Positions 63,329 to 64,000 of a stretch of DNA of 64,000 nt are shown piece by piece. The notes under the pieces were generated by a model that worked only from the letters and a program-made list of their open reading frames with translations, had not been told where the DNA came from and did not search any database. A program made the position numbers and the translations under genes. Origin of the DNA: Candidatus Moraniibacteriota bacterium (GTDB taxonomy: Bacteria; Patescibacteriota; Minisyncoccia; Moranbacterales; UBA1568); the NCBI GenBank assembly GCA_963743885.1, contig CAVURJ010000001.1:502321-566320 (forward strand). The letters run 5' to 3'. The stretch's first letter is position 1. The number at the start of each line of letters is the position of its first letter.

Positions 63329-64000
63329 ATGTCGAACCAGGAAACTGCCGCCAAGGAAGATTTGTCTTTTTCTGAAGCGCTTCGCGTGCTGCTCGGCCGC
63401 CTGCCGGCCCGGTCCCGCGATATCGTGGAGGCCCGTTTCGGCATTTCCGGGAGCGAGCCGAAGACGCTCGAGGAGATCGGCCGCACCTACAAGATTACTC
63501 GTGAACGTGTCCGTCAGGTAGTGGCGAGCGCGCTCGGTTTTCTTTCTGGAGAAAAAGACAATGATATGGTGGTCCGTATCGCTCTCGCAGTGCAGTCGGC
63601 GCTCCGTGAGAAGGGCGGTGCGATGGACGCTGATGAGCTTCTTGCGAAGCTTGCTGGCAGTGCGAGCGAGCGCGGTGCGATCCTGGCATTCCTCGAAGGT
63701 CTTTCGGGCATCAAGGAAGGCAAGGACGATAAGGAACACGGCAAGATCTATATGCTCGATGGTTTCTCTCTTTCTGAATGGAAGAAGGTGAAGGAAGATG
63801 CGAAGAAGTTGCTCGCGGAGGCGGGTGAGCCGCTCGAGGCGAAGGAGTTCGCTGTCCGGTTCGCGAAGACGCATCCGCAGATGAGCGAGAAGCGTCTCTT
63901 CGATCTGCTCGCGCTGTCGAAGGAAGTCAAGAAGAACGTCTTCGGAAGATGGGGTCTTGCTACGTGGAGTGATATCCGCCCGCGCGGTACCCGTGAGAAG
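63329..64000 (+). CDS. Sigma-70 region-4-like HTH domain protein (3' end outside window)
   Basis: N-terminal TLEEIGRTYKITRERVRQVVASAL resembles the sigma-70 region 4.2 HTH. The ORF is open to the window edge. Confidence 0.45.
   Translation, partial: MSNQETAAKEDLSFSEALRVLLGRLPARSRDIVEARFGISGSEPKTLEEIGRTYKITRERVRQVVASALGFLSGEKDNDMVVRIALAVQSALREKGGAMDADELLAKLAGSASERGAILAFLEGLSGIKEGKDDKEHGKIYMLDGFSLSEWKKVKEDAKKLLAEAGEPLEAKEFAVRFAKTHPQMSEKRLFDLLALSKEVKKNVFGRWGLATWSDIRPRGTREK

Overview
This window reads as a gene-dense bacterial chromosome segment of about 50% GC with short or overlapping intergenic regions. The gene content and compact layout are compatible with a small-genome lineage such as CPR/Patescibacteria, but the lineage cannot be assigned from sequence alone.

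Main contents, in order:
- Type IV pilus locus (1 to about 7.6 kb): pilB C-terminus (5' truncated by the window edge), pilT, pilC, four tandem major pilin genes, the prepilin peptidase pilD, and three minor pilin/pseudopilin genes. Two of the major pilin genes form a near-perfect ~510 bp tandem duplication. All four share an identical N-terminus, differ in the C-terminal domain, and end in ...F(P/A)(A/G)GC.
- Housekeeping genes: ligA, gatC, gatA, a secE-nusG-rplK-rplA block, a nucleotide-metabolism block (dcd, thyA, folA, a P-loop kinase, tmk, dut, a nucleoside deoxyribosyltransferase-like gene), gatB, miaA, dnaE, rnhB, rpmF, nusB, rnc, a short SMC, rpsP, rplJ-rplL and dnaX.
- A six-gene hydrogenase/complex-I-like membrane complex (NuoB-like, NuoL-like, NuoH-like, HyfE-like, NuoN-like, NuoC-D fusion) in which the small subunit has no cysteine at all and the large subunit has no CxxC nickel-iron motifs. 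It therefore appears redox-cofactor-free.
- An AT-rich accessory island (about 50.6 to 56.5 kb) carrying HEPN-motif and other hypothetical genes, with two copies of a ~90 bp promoter-bearing repeat. It abuts a tRNA-Gln locus where an intact tRNA-Gln(UUG) sits next to a small YhbQ-like GIY-YIG nuclease gene and two tRNA-Gln-like fragments that carry perfect-hairpin insertions.

Recurring sequence features that the gene calls do not explain:
- An AT-rich imperfect-palindromic intergenic element family of about 110-140 bp, including two near-identical copies flanking gatC.
- Short hairpin-plus-heptamer tandem-repeat modules that sit in-frame inside ligA, miaA and rnhB, with related in-frame 7-9-mer arrays in dnaX; the same repeat families occur in intergenic DNA.
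- A ~150 nt element present twice (after thyA and after smc) whose two copies differ by fully compensatory base changes in two stems, which points to a conserved structured RNA.
- A nested ~100 bp palindrome inside the hydrogenase-like operon.
- A duplicated, divergent copy of the gatB 3' end.

No CRISPR array, rRNA or canonical transposase gene was seen.
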